From contig OZ360228.1 in assembly GCA_977017645.1 (NCBI GenBank), positions 50,902,001 to 50,966,000 of the forward strand: a DNA stretch of 64,000 nucleotides, given 5' to 3'. Made by a program: the position numbers and the translations under genes. This stretch comes from Torpedo marmorata. Its lineage: Eukaryota. A model generated the notes under the pieces. It saw only the letters and a program-made list of their open reading frames with translations. It searched no databases and was not told the origin of the DNA. Below, in pieces: positions 63,728 to 64,000 of the stretch; the stretch's first letter is position 1; every line of letters begins with the position of its first letter.

Positions 63728-64000
63728 CAATACACAAAAGTTCTGGAGAAACTCAGCAGGTCACGCAGCACCTATAGGAAGCAAAGGCTGACCAATGTTT
63801 CAGGCCTGAGCCCTTTGTGACAGTATGAGCAAAAAGCAGGCAGGTGCCTGAATAAAAAGGTGGGGGGAGAGGAGAGGAGGGAGGAAGTGGTAGGGGGTGG
63901 AGCACATGCCAACAGACAAGAGGTCATAGGTGGATATGGGTGGGAGGGCAGAAGAGAAAAAAGTCTGATAAGTGATAGGGGGAGGGGGTAGCTCTCTGAA
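63728..64000 (-). mobile_element. PLE 3' terminus running off the window end
   Basis: acacaaaagttctggagaaactcagcaggtca...gtttcaggcctgagccc (decayed hammerhead) and a G-rich tract. Confidence 0.8.

Overview
Vertebrate genomic DNA, probably from a cartilaginous fish (inferred from the Penelope/Rex1/CR1 repeat set and the 5S variant). The window lies inside a MEIS-family TALE homeobox gene on the + strand. One 77-bp homeodomain exon ([26 protein letters not shown], 20514-20590) is flanked by two large introns. The introns hold Penelope-like retroelements (PLEs) with minimal hammerhead ribozyme motifs, Rex1/Babar, CR1, RTE and L1 fragments, Tigger- and Tc2-type non-autonomous DNA transposons, and minisatellites. 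The most unusual locus is 40630-46922: a pol-less LTR element with an ERV-L/Fv1-like gag and a tRNA-Ser primer site. It carries a 5S-derived SINE in one LTR and a PLE inserted in frame into gag, giving a 603-aa ORF (hydrophobic Gag N-terminus fused to a PLE reverse transcriptase, no endonuclease). Also notable are TSD-flanked palindromic PLE-end insertions and a symmetric MITE-like element with inverted ZNF143 sites and outward-facing splice donors. All family assignments come from motif recognition, not database searches.
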